From a virus (lineage: Duplodnaviria > Caudoviricetes): a stretch of 64,000 nucleotides of DNA. This document shows, one piece after another, positions 10,346 to 20,287 of the stretch; position 1 is the first letter of the stretch; every line of letters starts with the position of its first letter. Below the pieces are notes generated by a model. That model ran no database searches. It saw nothing but the letters and a program-made list of their open reading frames with translations, and was not told the origin of the DNA. The translations under genes and the position numbers were made by a program. Location: positions 96,001-160,000 of IMG/VR virus record IMGVR_UViG_3300037067_013660. One strand, given 5' to 3'.

Positions 10346-10374
10346 TTGTACCAAACGGCGCTCCGAGTGTCAAT
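10346..10374 (-). promoter_or_regulatory. Sigma70-type promoter
   Basis: TTGACA-N17-TACAAC; the same GTATTGACA context recurs at about 12001, 12738, 28335 and 30041. Confidence 0.65.
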
Positions 10375-10515
10375 ACATTTTTCAGGTAACAGAAAAATAT
10401 ATTTCTGCATTACCCCGTAATTATGCGAAACAACTAGGTTTTTCGGAAATGAAAAAGAAGTGGACACAGGAGAAGCGGAAGGTTGTGCCCCTAGTCAACG
10501 CGGAGTTTGTCGTTT

Positions 10516-10851
10516 CTACTCGTCGTCATCTAGGAAAATGTCGGCGTCGAGGTCGGGCCAGTGGAGCCACGGTGACGTCGGATCCGGTGCCGTGACGTTG
10601 CGGAGTTCTGCGGCGGCGTCCTGCACCTCCACGTCTGTGACGTTCCTTCCCCTCGCCTTTTCTTCGACATCTGGTTCGATCCAGAAGGCCGCGATAAAGA
10701 CTTTGTGGTCGTTCCTTACCTTACCCTCATAGACGTGGACGTGCGGACGTTTGGGTAAGCCGCCGCCTCCCGTCGATATTTCGCTCTCGAAGCGGATGGT
10801 GTAGCGCCCGGTGTAGCGAACGAGCGGGAAGGCTACGCGGTGTTGCAGCAT
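10516..10851 (-). CDS. Hypothetical protein
   Basis: ORF packed behind 10854..11957. Confidence 0.55.
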   Translation of the reverse strand: MLQHRVAFPLVRYTGRYTIRFESEISTGGGGLPKRPHVHVYEGKVRNDHKVFIAAFWIEPDVEEKARGRNVTDVEVQDAAAELRNVTAPDPTSPWLHWPDLDADIFLDDDE

Positions 10852-10853
10852 CG

Positions 10854-11957
10854 CTAATCCGCCGAGACGTTCTCGGTCTTGCGCCACGCCCGCCACCGCA
10901 ACGACAAGTCACCGTCGCGGTCCAGCACGGCCCAGAAGGTGCGGCTCTTGGGCTTCTCCTTGAAGGACACACCCCACGCGGCATTGGGTGCCCACGAGGG
11001 CGTCGGCATCGTGGCGATGTATTTGCCCGCCAGGTAGTCGAGGATCTGGTTGTCCTTCAGGGTTTCGAGGATCGCGTGCTTCCAGAACGCGAACTCGCTG
11101 GCGCGCGTATGGAAGCGGAGCTGTGTGATCAACTGGTCGATCCTACTGAGCAGCAGGCCGATCTCCTCCAGCGCTTCCTTGGTCGTGGGGTACGGGGTGT
11201 AGTCGCCCGTGAGCTTGATGCCGTCGACCACGAAATTGCAGGCCCAGACCTCGATCTGCGTCTCGGCCCCAACCTTCTCCGACTTGGGCCACACCTTCTG
11301 CTGCTCGTCCTCGCGGTCGCTGTAGAGCCGCTTGCGCTCGGCCTTCAAGAAACGCTGCTGGTCGGCCAACCGCTCGATCGCGACCTTGGCGAGCAAGTAG
11401 GGACGCGAGTAGATGGAGGTCCAGCGGTTCGGGTGGACTAGGTACTCGAACGCCACCTTGTTGGTGTCGGCGAACAGGCGCTTCTCCTCGTCGGTGTGGG
11501 GCAGGATTTCGACTTCCTTCCACCCGTCGTGCCAGGTACCATCGAGGTCCTGCAGCATGAAGTTGTGCGGCGCCCCTACGCTGCTGGTCGTGATGACGTT
11601 GGCGTCCTCGACCAGTACGTTAAACGACCAGACTTCCTTGTTGGACGTGAGGCGCATGAGGCGGCCGTGGCGGTTTTCCTTGCTGACCACCACCTCGCCT
11701 TCCTTGCGGGTCGCGGCCCTGCGGGTCTTGTAGACGGGCAACGTCACGACGGCCCTGCGGTCAGCCAACGCCGACAGGAAAGCCGCCAGATCCAAACTGG
11801 TGGTCCACTTCCCGTCCTCGTCTTGGTATGCGGTTCCGCTCTTGCGGGTCGCCAAGTCATACTTCCAGGTGTCCGCGATCCTGCCGACGCAGGCGCGGAC
11901 GTCCTCGGTGCGGTCCAACAGTCGAGACAACTCGCTCAGAAACTCTTCCTTCTTCAT
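10854..11957 (-). CDS. Conserved-looking hypothetical phage protein
   Basis: 367 aa, SD AAGGAGG, promoter TTGACA-N17-TACAAA upstream. Confidence 0.75.
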   Translation of the reverse strand: MKKEEFLSELSRLLDRTEDVRACVGRIADTWKYDLATRKSGTAYQDEDGKWTTSLDLAAFLSALADRRAVVTLPVYKTRRAATRKEGEVVVSKENRHGRLMRLTSNKEVWSFNVLVEDANVITTSSVGAPHNFMLQDLDGTWHDGWKEVEILPHTDEEKRLFADTNKVAFEYLVHPNRWTSIYSRPYLLAKVAIERLADQQRFLKAERKRLYSDREDEQQKVWPKSEKVGAETQIEVWACNFVVDGIKLTGDYTPYPTTKEALEEIGLLLSRIDQLITQLRFHTRASEFAFWKHAILETLKDNQILDYLAGKYIATMPTPSWAPNAAWGVSFKEKPKSRTFWAVLDRDGDLSLRWRAWRKTENVSAD

Positions 11958-12010
11958 GGTATGCCTCCTTGTTCTCGTTTGTACGCAAAATCGTTCCGAT
12001 TGTCAATACA

Positions 12011-12700
12011 TTATTTTTCTGTCGCGGCCAACAGGCTGGCCCACACGACAAAACTGTTGAAACTACGGTAGAATCGTGGCGCCGTAGTAAAAACGTCCTC
12101 GATTAGATCTGGCGGCATCGGTAGTGCATGGCTTTGGATCTTAGCGGTCGGAAGGTTGCGGGTGGTGCTGCGCCATAAACCACGAGGCAACAGTAACGTA
12201 CGGGCCTCGACGTTGTCGTCGATTTGCCCGAGTAGCCGTTCTACCGCTTCGACACAGAACAATGGAATGTCTTGCGTCACGCCCTGAATGATCTTTTCGA
12301 TTTGCCTGGGCATCTGTACCCGCACGGCCCTGGGTACCGTTTGTTCCACGTCAATTTCGTCGGGCGGTGCCGTCAGCGACATACCCCACAATAATAGACG
12401 GGTGGTTGGCTGCCACAGGCGTGTCGCCACGTCCGTGACGATGTCGAGGGCTTTGGGCAAGGCCCGAATCGTCACCATGGCGCTGCCGTCGTCCGCTTCT
12501 AGCGCACAGCGGCCCGCTGGGATGCGCAATGATTTTATTTTGGCACCGTGACGAAATGCCGCGACTAAGCGGTGGGCACTCCGCAGTATATGGTCAGTTT
12601 GATTTTTCGCTGCATCGCGGTGTACCGCGTCCAGTGATGCTGTCCGCAGGACCGTAGGCATACGAAACGAAATTGAAGCCGTTGCTTTGGCCGTCACCAT
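12011..12700 (-). CDS. Hypothetical protein
   Basis: SD GGAGG before ATG at 12700. Confidence 0.55.
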   Translation of the reverse strand: MVTAKATASISFRMPTVLRTASLDAVHRDAAKNQTDHILRSAHRLVAAFRHGAKIKSLRIPAGRCALEADDGSAMVTIRALPKALDIVTDVATRLWQPTTRLLLWGMSLTAPPDEIDVEQTVPRAVRVQMPRQIEKIIQGVTQDIPLFCVEAVERLLGQIDDNVEARTLLLPRGLWRSTTRNLPTAKIQSHALPMPPDLIEDVFTTAPRFYRSFNSFVVWASLLAATEK

Positions 12701-12777
12701 GACCTCCATCAATAGGATGACGCAAATCACCCAGATTGTCAATACGGGTTTTACAACGGAACTGAGGTGGGGACCAG

Positions 12778-13329
12778 CTACTTCGTAAAATCGGCTGCGT
12801 AGGGCGAAGCGGGTTCTGGCGTGGTCACGACGGTGGTCTTGCCGTACAGTTCTGATTTACCGGCGCCTTGTTTCGTCGTCGCGACGACCACGTGGTTGGC
12901 CAGGACGGTCAAGACGTACCTATATAATCCCGTACCGATCGCCAGGGTTTTGAGGCGGTGGTGCAGCCACGTCGGTACTTCCAACGACATTTTGACGACG
13001 TCGTCGGTTTGATCGATTCCTGCCTCTGGGATCTCAGCGCTGCGCACGTGGGTAGTGCGGGCCTGCACGATGATGCCGGCGAGTTTTTTCATGCGCTCTT
13101 GTCGTGCCGGTTGGTTCGGTAGGTACTGTTCGATGATGTCGTGGGCTTCACCGGCACGGCGCGCGTAGAGTTTCTGTGCGATGCTGTGGACGGCCGAGTG
13201 ACACGACGCGCACAGGACACAACGATTCTCTGGTACGTCGGGACCACCATACGCGGTCGGGTGTTTGTGGTGGACCTCTAACGCTTGTTTGGGCAGGTGG
13301 ACGTCGTCGTGGATCAGGCACGTAGGCAT
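12778..13329 (-). CDS. HNH-domain protein
   Basis: LEVHHKHP...GG...ENRCVLCASCHSAVH. Confidence 0.75.
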   Translation of the reverse strand: MPTCLIHDDVHLPKQALEVHHKHPTAYGGPDVPENRCVLCASCHSAVHSIAQKLYARRAGEAHDIIEQYLPNQPARQERMKKLAGIIVQARTTHVRSAEIPEAGIDQTDDVVKMSLEVPTWLHHRLKTLAIGTGLYRYVLTVLANHVVVATTKQGAGKSELYGKTTVVTTPEPASPYAADFTK

Positions 13330-13556
13330 CAGAGGATCTCGATCAAGCTGGCGCGTGCCAGGTCTTCCAAGTTGGACCACTGCAGCATCATGGCGTCCGT
13401 GAGTTTCGGGGCCAGCTCCTCGGTCGCGTAACTGCGCAGCACGAGGGTTTGGCGTTTATTACTGCGATCTCGGTACCACACCATTACCTCGCCGGTCGTC
13501 TTGTTCCTGACCTTTACGTTCGTCGCCATCATGGCGCGCTTCAATTTCTTGGACAT
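13329..13556 (-). CDS. Small virion-module protein
   Basis: 75 aa, SD AGGAG, directly after the tape measure gene. Confidence 0.65.
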   Translation of the reverse strand: MSKKLKRAMMATNVKVRNKTTGEVMVWYRDRSNKRQTLVLRSYATEELAPKLTDAMMLQWSNLEDLARASLIEIL

Positions 13557-13565
13557 TGGTTTCTC

Positions 13566-16403
13566 CTATCGTCCGTGGTCGTCTTTGGACCGTTGTTTTG
13601 CCAATCCGTCGTTCATCTTGGAGAGGTTCATCTTCAGCTTTACGGGCAACGTGAGCGTCACTTCGCCTTTGGCGTTGGGTTCCGCCAATGATCCTGATAC
13701 GCTCTGACTTTCTAAGTCGCTGGTCGCGGCACCGATGAGCAGACGACGTGCTTCTTCTACGGGTGATCTTTCTTCTAAGAACTTACTGGTTCTTAATTTA
13801 TCTGAATCGTCGAACGACATACGACTTCTGTCGCCCTCGCCCAGCTTTTCACCGTGGAGTCTGTAGTATAGTTCGGCGATCCGCTCCTTCGACATGCCCT
13901 CTACTTTGGCCTTGCCCTTTGCGTCGTAGCCATATTCACTGCGCTTCACAGTGTAGCGCATGGCCTGCTCGCTCGCGGCCTTGAAGACGTCGTCCGTACC
14001 GGCACCTATTTTAGCGCGGTCTTCTGGTGACATCGACTCCATTAGGCGTGCGATGGCTTGGGGTACCTGATCACCAGAGCGAATCAAGTGCTCTCTTAGT
14101 TGTGGTGCGCCTTCGCCCAGGTTGCCCGTCATCAACTGTTTGGCGTATTCCTCTGGGTTCGCGGCCGTGATGCCCTGCTGCGCCATTATTTGCATGCGTT
14201 TCAGCAGGGTTTTGTGGATGTGCTGCTGCGATTCAAAGCCAGCCTCGCCTTCGGCTGCACGCTGACGATCCATTCGTCCGCCCAACGCTTGTTCCCGTTT
14301 GTCGCGTTCTCGCTTCATTATGCGTAGGCGTTGTTTTTGTTCCTCTGACAAAACGTCGCTCAGGTTTTCCAGGTGTTCGATTTCTTTTTCCAACGACTTG
14401 ATGACCTTCTTGCGCTTATCCTTTTCCTCCCACGTCATCTTGTCCATGATGGCGGCGGTTTCCTTGCCGTGTGCAATGCTCGACGTTAAGTAGTCCGTAT
14501 AACTCTCGAACGTACCTTTCAGCGCATCTCCAGAATCCTCTACCAACTTGACGGCCGCCGCATCCAGTGCTTTGGACCCGTAGTAAGACGCAGCAAACGT
14601 GGCACCCAGTATGCCTCCTTTACCAATCATCGGTAATGCGCGGCTACCCAAGGCCAGCGCCTTGGATCCTAGACCGCCGCCTGCCGCCAACGGACTACTT
14701 GGGCCGAGTGTTAGGCCCGACATTAGAGACTGACGTACTGCATGTGGTGCGACCTGTGCGCCCGCCACGTTGATCAAACCGCCACCGCCCGTCGTCAACG
14801 CTTTGGTCGCGGCCGACGTCGCGAGTCCGCCCGCTATTCTCTTTATTATGGTACCACCCAAAGAACCGAGCAATTGACCACCCATCAGCATGTAGGGAAA
14901 TTTGGTCGCCAGAAACTCCAGATACTTTACACCTTCGTCTACCAGCGCGACCATTTTGTAGTCTAGGTCTTTGGGTGTCGCCCCGGCTTTGACCATATCT
15001 TCAAAACCTTTTCTCCATAATTGAGTTTGTTCTTCTCGTTCACCCGAAGCCCCCGCCTCAGCTTCTTTTTCAAACGCCAACGCGGCTTCACCGTTTTTGA
15101 TTTGTTTCGTCAGGACACTAGATATGAAGCCGCCAGACTGTGTCACTGTCTTTACTAATTCTAAGTTCAATTCGCCAGTAGTGGAGTCTTTCATACCGTG
15201 CATTATACGAGCATTAAACGAAGCCGAGCCCTTCATCGCACTCATGACCGCTTCCATCTTTTGTGGCTCTGGTGCGTCTTTGAAGGTTTCTCGCACTATT
15301 TCCATGCGCTTGCGTTCGTGTTCATTTTTGAAATTGGACAAGTCGTCCCACTGCGAGATCATTTGTTCTGCCGCTTTTATTCCGAAAACAGCAAGCTTTC
15401 CGCCCATTGTAGACGACTCACTCAGCACCTTTTTCATGGCCTCGGCAGATTCCCGCTGCTCATTAACGGACAACCCACCTTCCTTGCCCTTCACCAACAG
15501 GTCTTTCAATGCAGCGGAATAAGCGGCGGCGTCGTAGGCGCCGGTGCGCAGTTCCTTGCCGACGTCCTGCACCATCTTGAGGAACTCGTTTTTCCCTACG
15601 TTGCCGGTCTTGAGGAACTGGTCCCCCATCTTCGCCAGTTCCTTGGCGTACTTGTCGGCCGTGTAGGTCACGGCGATCAGTTCTTTGCGTGACTGATCGA
15701 GCGTCATGGTGGTTTGTTGCATACGGTCGTTCCACACGTCCATGATTTCCGACATCTCGACGCCAAGGTAGCGGCCCAGCACCAGGGCGTCGCGTTGCAT
15801 CCCCTTCATCGCGCCCGACATATCACCCGACGCCGCGATCTGCGTGGCGAACCGGGCGTTCAGGTCGTCAACCGCTTTCTTCAGCGTGGCGGTCTCGACG
15901 CGAAACTCTCCCGCGACCTTCGACGCGTTGGCGTAGGAGTGGTGAACTGCGTTGACGTACTGCTGCGACTTTTCCATCGCGCGGGCCGTATCGCCCGTCG
16001 TCGCGACCAACGATTTGGTAAACGCCTCCTGCCCCTTCCGCATGTACATGAGCTTGTCGGCGTAGACCTTGGAGATGGAGCCGAGCCGCATCATCTCGCC
16101 GGCAAACCCTTTGACCGACTGTTTGGCGTCGTCGTACTGACCCCGCAGGCTAAACAGTTGCTTGCCCCAGTCCTTCGCGGCCTTGGCGTCCTCTAGCAAT
16201 ACGTCGCGGAACTTCTCGTGCTCCTTCCTCGCTTTAGCCGAGAGGCGCCCGTAGTGCTCCAGCGCACCGGAGGATTCCCGATACGCTGCCGCCATTTGGC
16301 GCACCGCTTCGGTCAGTGCTTTGGAATCGTCAGCAGTACGTTGATCCTCCCCCATGCCCGTGGAAGAACCAACCCCACCAAATCCACCGGTGCCTTCAGC
16401 CAT
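13566..16403 (-). CDS. Tail tape measure protein
   Basis: 945 aa, helical Ala/Gly-rich with a hydrophobic Gly-rich segment; follows tube and chaperone genes. Confidence 0.8.
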   Translation of the reverse strand: MAEGTGGFGGVGSSTGMGEDQRTADDSKALTEAVRQMAAAYRESSGALEHYGRLSAKARKEHEKFRDVLLEDAKAAKDWGKQLFSLRGQYDDAKQSVKGFAGEMMRLGSISKVYADKLMYMRKGQEAFTKSLVATTGDTARAMEKSQQYVNAVHHSYANASKVAGEFRVETATLKKAVDDLNARFATQIAASGDMSGAMKGMQRDALVLGRYLGVEMSEIMDVWNDRMQQTTMTLDQSRKELIAVTYTADKYAKELAKMGDQFLKTGNVGKNEFLKMVQDVGKELRTGAYDAAAYSAALKDLLVKGKEGGLSVNEQRESAEAMKKVLSESSTMGGKLAVFGIKAAEQMISQWDDLSNFKNEHERKRMEIVRETFKDAPEPQKMEAVMSAMKGSASFNARIMHGMKDSTTGELNLELVKTVTQSGGFISSVLTKQIKNGEAALAFEKEAEAGASGEREEQTQLWRKGFEDMVKAGATPKDLDYKMVALVDEGVKYLEFLATKFPYMLMGGQLLGSLGGTIIKRIAGGLATSAATKALTTGGGGLINVAGAQVAPHAVRQSLMSGLTLGPSSPLAAGGGLGSKALALGSRALPMIGKGGILGATFAASYYGSKALDAAAVKLVEDSGDALKGTFESYTDYLTSSIAHGKETAAIMDKMTWEEKDKRKKVIKSLEKEIEHLENLSDVLSEEQKQRLRIMKRERDKREQALGGRMDRQRAAEGEAGFESQQHIHKTLLKRMQIMAQQGITAANPEEYAKQLMTGNLGEGAPQLREHLIRSGDQVPQAIARLMESMSPEDRAKIGAGTDDVFKAASEQAMRYTVKRSEYGYDAKGKAKVEGMSKERIAELYYRLHGEKLGEGDRSRMSFDDSDKLRTSKFLEERSPVEEARRLLIGAATSDLESQSVSGSLAEPNAKGEVTLTLPVKLKMNLSKMNDGLAKQRSKDDHGR

Positions 16404-16412
16404 TGGTGTTTC

Positions 16413-16940
16413 CTAGCGTTTCCTACCGAGTGACACGTTGTCTCGTACTGCGTAAAAGTTACGTGGGATCAAACCAGTGAACATGCTGGCCAAGTTGATG
16501 AAGTCCTGGCGCTTCATCTCGTAACCTTCTACGACTTCGTCCTTGTCTTCCTCTTGGTACCAACCGGGTGCCGAGATGCCGCCTGCACTACCGAAGGTAT
16601 CGCGAATGAAATCCTGCAGCTTGGGCTGCATGATCAAGGCCAGCGGCACCAGCAGGTCTTTGCGCGGTCCCTTGGGTCGTTTGGTCCCGACCTTCGGGTT
16701 CATCATGGCGTCGACGGTATCGCGGGTCCAGTAGACGCCCAGGATTTCGCCCAGCTTCTGGAACGACAATTCCTCTATGTTCTGCTGTGCACTGGCGGCA
16801 AACAGTAACGCCGAGGAATTCTCGTACAATTTTTTCGCCTCGTCGCTGATGGGCGACAGGCGTAAGTACGCTACGGTGCGGCCCCAGAGGGCGAGGTAGC
16901 TGTCTCCGTCGAAGACGTCGGAGACAACTTTAGGAAAGGG
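16413..16940 (-). CDS. Tail assembly chaperone, frameshifted C-terminal extension (GT-like)
   Basis: Frame is open from the slippery heptamer C CCT TTC (16940-16934) to the stop at 16413; it has no ATG start of its own. Confidence 0.75.
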   Translation of the reverse strand, partial: PFPKVVSDVFDGDSYLALWGRTVAYLRLSPISDEAKKLYENSSALLFAASAQQNIEELSFQKLGEILGVYWTRDTVDAMMNPKVGTKRPKGPRKDLLVPLALIMQPKLQDFIRDTFGSAGGISAPGWYQEEDKDEVVEGYEMKRQDFINLASMFTGLIPRNFYAVRDNVSLGRKR

Positions 16941-17887
16941 TCGTAGAGGGTCTCCCTATCACCCACACGATCCGGCATGACGTCGCGCATCAAGCCAAAC
17001 AGGATCGACAGTTTCTCGTAGGGACCAAAGTCCTCGACGAAGAACTGGTGGACGCGCCGCGTACACTCCATCCTCAAGTCCAGCGGCATGTCGAACGGAT
17101 CCAGAATACTGTCGCAGTGCGGGCACACCACGGCACCGACGTCAACCTGACCACCGCAGGCATCACATTCTTTTACGTAGAGCGGTTGACTCATGGTCTC
17201 GCCGCTGATTTCAAACGTACCGACCAACTCGATGCCCAGCACATCGTACAGCGGCGCGTCGTCGATCCCTACCAAGTTGGCCGAGACCTTCAGGGCTGTA
17301 TAGGCACCGACCTGCTGCTCCACCACGACCGCGACCCAATTGTCCACGAGAGGAGGTGCGGGGGCGAAGTGCCACTTGGAGCCCGCCCACTCGATGGTCG
17401 CGGGTTTGATTTTCTTGAGCCCGAGGTTGCGCTTCAGTTTATTGAGTGCAGGGTGCTCCGTGCGCTTGGTACGTATGCGCTTGGGTTTTGCTTCCCCGAG
17501 GATCTGACTCAGTACGCCTTTCAGTTGTTCTGCCAGGTCGTCGTCACCTCGCTTACGCGCCTCGACTGCACGTTCACTCAAAAGTGCAGCTAACGTAGCT
17601 TTGTCCAAGTCGGCTTCGGGTGTCGCTGCTTGTTTTTCTTCTTGGTTCTTCAGAAACTCTGGCAGTACTGATGACAACTCTTGTGCCATTTCTGAATTTG
17701 TCGTAGGGATTTCGATCGGTTGATCCCCTACGCTGCCTGTCATGTGGGCGAACGCACCTTCGGCCAGTTGACTGGTGTCGATACTGTTGAGCGTTCTGCC
17801 TGCTACCGTAACGGTATGGGGACTACGGTCGATTTCGTCACGCTGTGGATTTCGTGGTGGTGTGGTGCCAGTTTTTTGCGTTCCCAT
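16871..17887 (-). CDS. Tail assembly chaperone (G-like) with a zinc-ribbon insertion
   Basis: Upstream of the tape measure gene; slippery site near the 3' end; CDAC...CPHC. Confidence 0.75.
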   Translation of the reverse strand: MGTQKTGTTPPRNPQRDEIDRSPHTVTVAGRTLNSIDTSQLAEGAFAHMTGSVGDQPIEIPTTNSEMAQELSSVLPEFLKNQEEKQAATPEADLDKATLAALLSERAVEARKRGDDDLAEQLKGVLSQILGEAKPKRIRTKRTEHPALNKLKRNLGLKKIKPATIEWAGSKWHFAPAPPLVDNWVAVVVEQQVGAYTALKVSANLVGIDDAPLYDVLGIELVGTFEISGETMSQPLYVKECDACGGQVDVGAVVCPHCDSILDPFDMPLDLRMECTRRVHQFFVEDFGPYEKLSILFGLMRDVMPDRVGDRETLYDPFLKLSPTSSTETATSPSGAAP

Positions 17888-17895
17888 GTTGGTCC

Positions 17896-18810
17896 TTATG
17901 GTTGGGTCAGGATGTCCCACTGTTTGAAGTATTTTCGTTGTGTCGCCGGAATATTGACGACCGGAACATAGTAGTGGTGTTGGATGCGACGCGGCATAGG
18001 AATAACAGAATGATTGATCGCGACGCCATCGGTCGCGAACATGTCGGCAAACGTCTCGAAGCGATCGATCTTGATTTCGTCTTTCTTCGTTTTGACGAGT
18101 TGTGGCACCACTCCGATGAACTGGCAGGGCGTCACCACCACGTAGGAACCGTACACGACGTAGACGTCACAACTTTTTGCCCAGTCAACCAGCACGGTTT
18201 CGGGCACGACGGTTTCGGGCAGCAAAAGGATCGGTGCCGTCACGATGCCAAAGTCATCCTGTTGATGCAAGAGTTGTGTTTTGTTCGCCGCGATGGTCTT
18301 GATGCATCGCCACGATTGATCAAACCCGTCGATTTGTTCGGTCTCGACCTTCGGTTCTACCGTAGTGCCGACACGCCACCCCCTCGTGGCCACGGCTTCC
18401 AAGAACCGACTGATCTGTACGACCGTCTCGGTGGCGGGCGGCTCCTCGACGGCGTGGGGTGTAAGGTCATGTAGGAGTTTGTGGGCACCCGTGGTCCACC
18501 GGGCCAGCGCCTTGGTGGCGTCGCCGTTGGGTCGCCGGTTGGCGAACAGGTCGTCCTCCACGGCGCCGTAGATCGCGTCCAGGGCGTCGCGCAGCAGGAC
18601 CAGGCGTCGTAGCGGCAGGGTCGTGTGGGCGGCGTCCAGGGCGTCCCGTAGGGCCGTGAGGGTAGCGAGGAGAGAACCGACGGGCGGTAGCTTAGGTCGG
18701 GCGAGGAGCCGCTCTACGCGGCGGCAGCAGTGCCGTACCGACTGCACCACGGTCGTCTGCTGGTCACGGACGTTGGGCGCCCCGATCTGGCGGAAACACT
18801 GGTACGACAT
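17896..18810 (-). CDS. Hypothetical protein between tube and chaperone
   Basis: SD GGAGGGAG before ATG at 18810. Confidence 0.6.
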   Translation of the reverse strand: MSYQCFRQIGAPNVRDQQTTVVQSVRHCCRRVERLLARPKLPPVGSLLATLTALRDALDAAHTTLPLRRLVLLRDALDAIYGAVEDDLFANRRPNGDATKALARWTTGAHKLLHDLTPHAVEEPPATETVVQISRFLEAVATRGWRVGTTVEPKVETEQIDGFDQSWRCIKTIAANKTQLLHQQDDFGIVTAPILLLPETVVPETVLVDWAKSCDVYVVYGSYVVVTPCQFIGVVPQLVKTKKDEIKIDRFETFADMFATDGVAINHSVIPMPRRIQHHYYVPVVNIPATQRKYFKQWDILTQP

Positions 18811-18872
18811 GGCAGCTCCCTCCTGTTGCCGCATGTTTGACAAACAAATAGGAGTAGCGACATGTCGAATCG

Positions 18873-19406
18873 TTAGACTGTACCGGCGGTGTGCTGGCGG
18901 GCGACGTAGGCGAAATTGAAGTTGGCGATGACGCGGGTATCGCCATCTGCGCGGTAGTCGGATTCGTTTCGATCTTGGAGCCAGCATCCGAGGTACGTCC
19001 AGACCTCGTACGGGGCCGAACCCTTGAACCAGAATTCTTGTGCCTCGAAAGGACGTGTCTGGCTGATGAGGTCGGTGTAGCGGTTGGCGGCACCCGTCTG
19101 GATCTCAATTTCAGATCCCCAGAGTTCCGCGACCGTCGCGTTGATGGTGTAGCCCGACGCGATACCCGGCACGTAGTCGATGGGGCGACCAAACGTACGG
19201 TTACTCAATTCCATTACGTGGACACCGGCACGTGTATACGCACCGCTATTGTTCCACCCCTGTACGCGTCCCAAAACGTTACCGTTCACCACCAACGTGA
19301 TGCCGTGGTACGTCTTGGACGAGATAGGTCTCGCGACGCTATAGTCGAGTGGCTCAACCTGCTGGCCGAACTTGTTACCAGCGAATTTAGTGTAGTCAAG
19401 AGCCAT
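18873..19406 (-). CDS. Tail tube protein
   Basis: 177 aa; ITLVVNG..LGRVQ, YLGCW, 'VIANFNFAYV' tube-like pattern; downstream of the sheath. Confidence 0.8.
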   Translation of the reverse strand: MALDYTKFAGNKFGQQVEPLDYSVARPISSKTYHGITLVVNGNVLGRVQGWNNSGAYTRAGVHVMELSNRTFGRPIDYVPGIASGYTINATVAELWGSEIEIQTGAANRYTDLISQTRPFEAQEFWFKGSAPYEVWTYLGCWLQDRNESDYRADGDTRVIANFNFAYVARQHTAGTV

Positions 19407-19426
19407 TTTGATTTCTCCTCGCTAGA

Positions 19427-19852
19427 TCAAAACGATGTCCCAGCACTAAACTGGGTTTGTACTTCGGTGCTGCCCGTCAGGATGGAGTGGAAGATCTGAC
19501 TCGCGACCCCGACGTTCGTGATTGTGACTTCGTGCGTAGTGGTGATGGCGGTATTCTTGTCCAACTGAATGCCGTCAAAATCGTACGTGTACATGGCGCC
19601 CGTTGGGATCGTGACGTCCACGACGGTGTTGTTGTACACGCCGCTGTTGAGTGGGTCGTCGGTATCGACCCCGAGGTTGAGCGTGTAGACGATCTGTAGC
19701 TCTACGTCTTCGGTACCGACGTTATGAAAACGAAAGACAGGGTTGTACACCGCGTTGGTGTTGCGCAGTGCCGTCGTTTCCATGACGAACGACGCGGATT
19801 CTCCAGTCGTCAGTTGGTGCGACCACTTAGTCTTAAACGGTACCAGAGCCAT
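19427..19852 (-). CDS. Putative beta-rich virion protein
   Basis: Thr/Val-rich, in the sheath-tube operon. Confidence 0.6.
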   Translation of the reverse strand: MALVPFKTKWSHQLTTGESASFVMETTALRNTNAVYNPVFRFHNVGTEDVELQIVYTLNLGVDTDDPLNSGVYNNTVVDVTIPTGAMYTYDFDGIQLDKNTAITTTHEVTITNVGVASQIFHSILTGSTEVQTQFSAGTSF

Positions 19853-20282
19853 CTTGCGGCCTCACGGGAAAATGTTCGTCACGGTCGTACTGAATGACTG
19901 GACGACCAGACAACACGGGGTTTTGCCACACGTCCGACGCTATGTCGGCCGACGTGGAATCAATATCGATGGTCTGGCTGGCGGTACGACCGTCCGCCAG
20001 CGTGACGTTGACGCGGGCCTTCATGTTGACGCGGACTTGCGGGTGATGGAAAAAGAAATAGAACTGTCCGCGATCCTCTGGTTCTTCCGTTCCGTTGATC
20101 CAATAGACCCGGTGGTTCGCCGTAAAGGTCTCGGAAACCATCGCGGCGTCGCCGTGTAGGATCGCGACCGTACCGGTCACGACTTTTGGTGCGGCGGTGG
20201 TGCCGTCATCTTCCTGCACTATGACGGCAACCTGAATGCTGTCCGGCAGGGCAAAATAACTGGCGATGGCTTCTAGGATCAT
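19833..20282 (-). CDS. Putative virion protein
   Basis: In the sheath-tube operon. Confidence 0.6.
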   Translation of the reverse strand: MILEAIASYFALPDSIQVAVIVQEDDGTTAAPKVVTGTVAILHGDAAMVSETFTANHRVYWINGTEEPEDRGQFYFFFHHPQVRVNMKARVNVTLADGRTASQTIDIDSTSADIASDVWQNPVLSGRPVIQYDRDEHFPVRPQDGSGTV

Positions 20283-20287
20283 GATGA

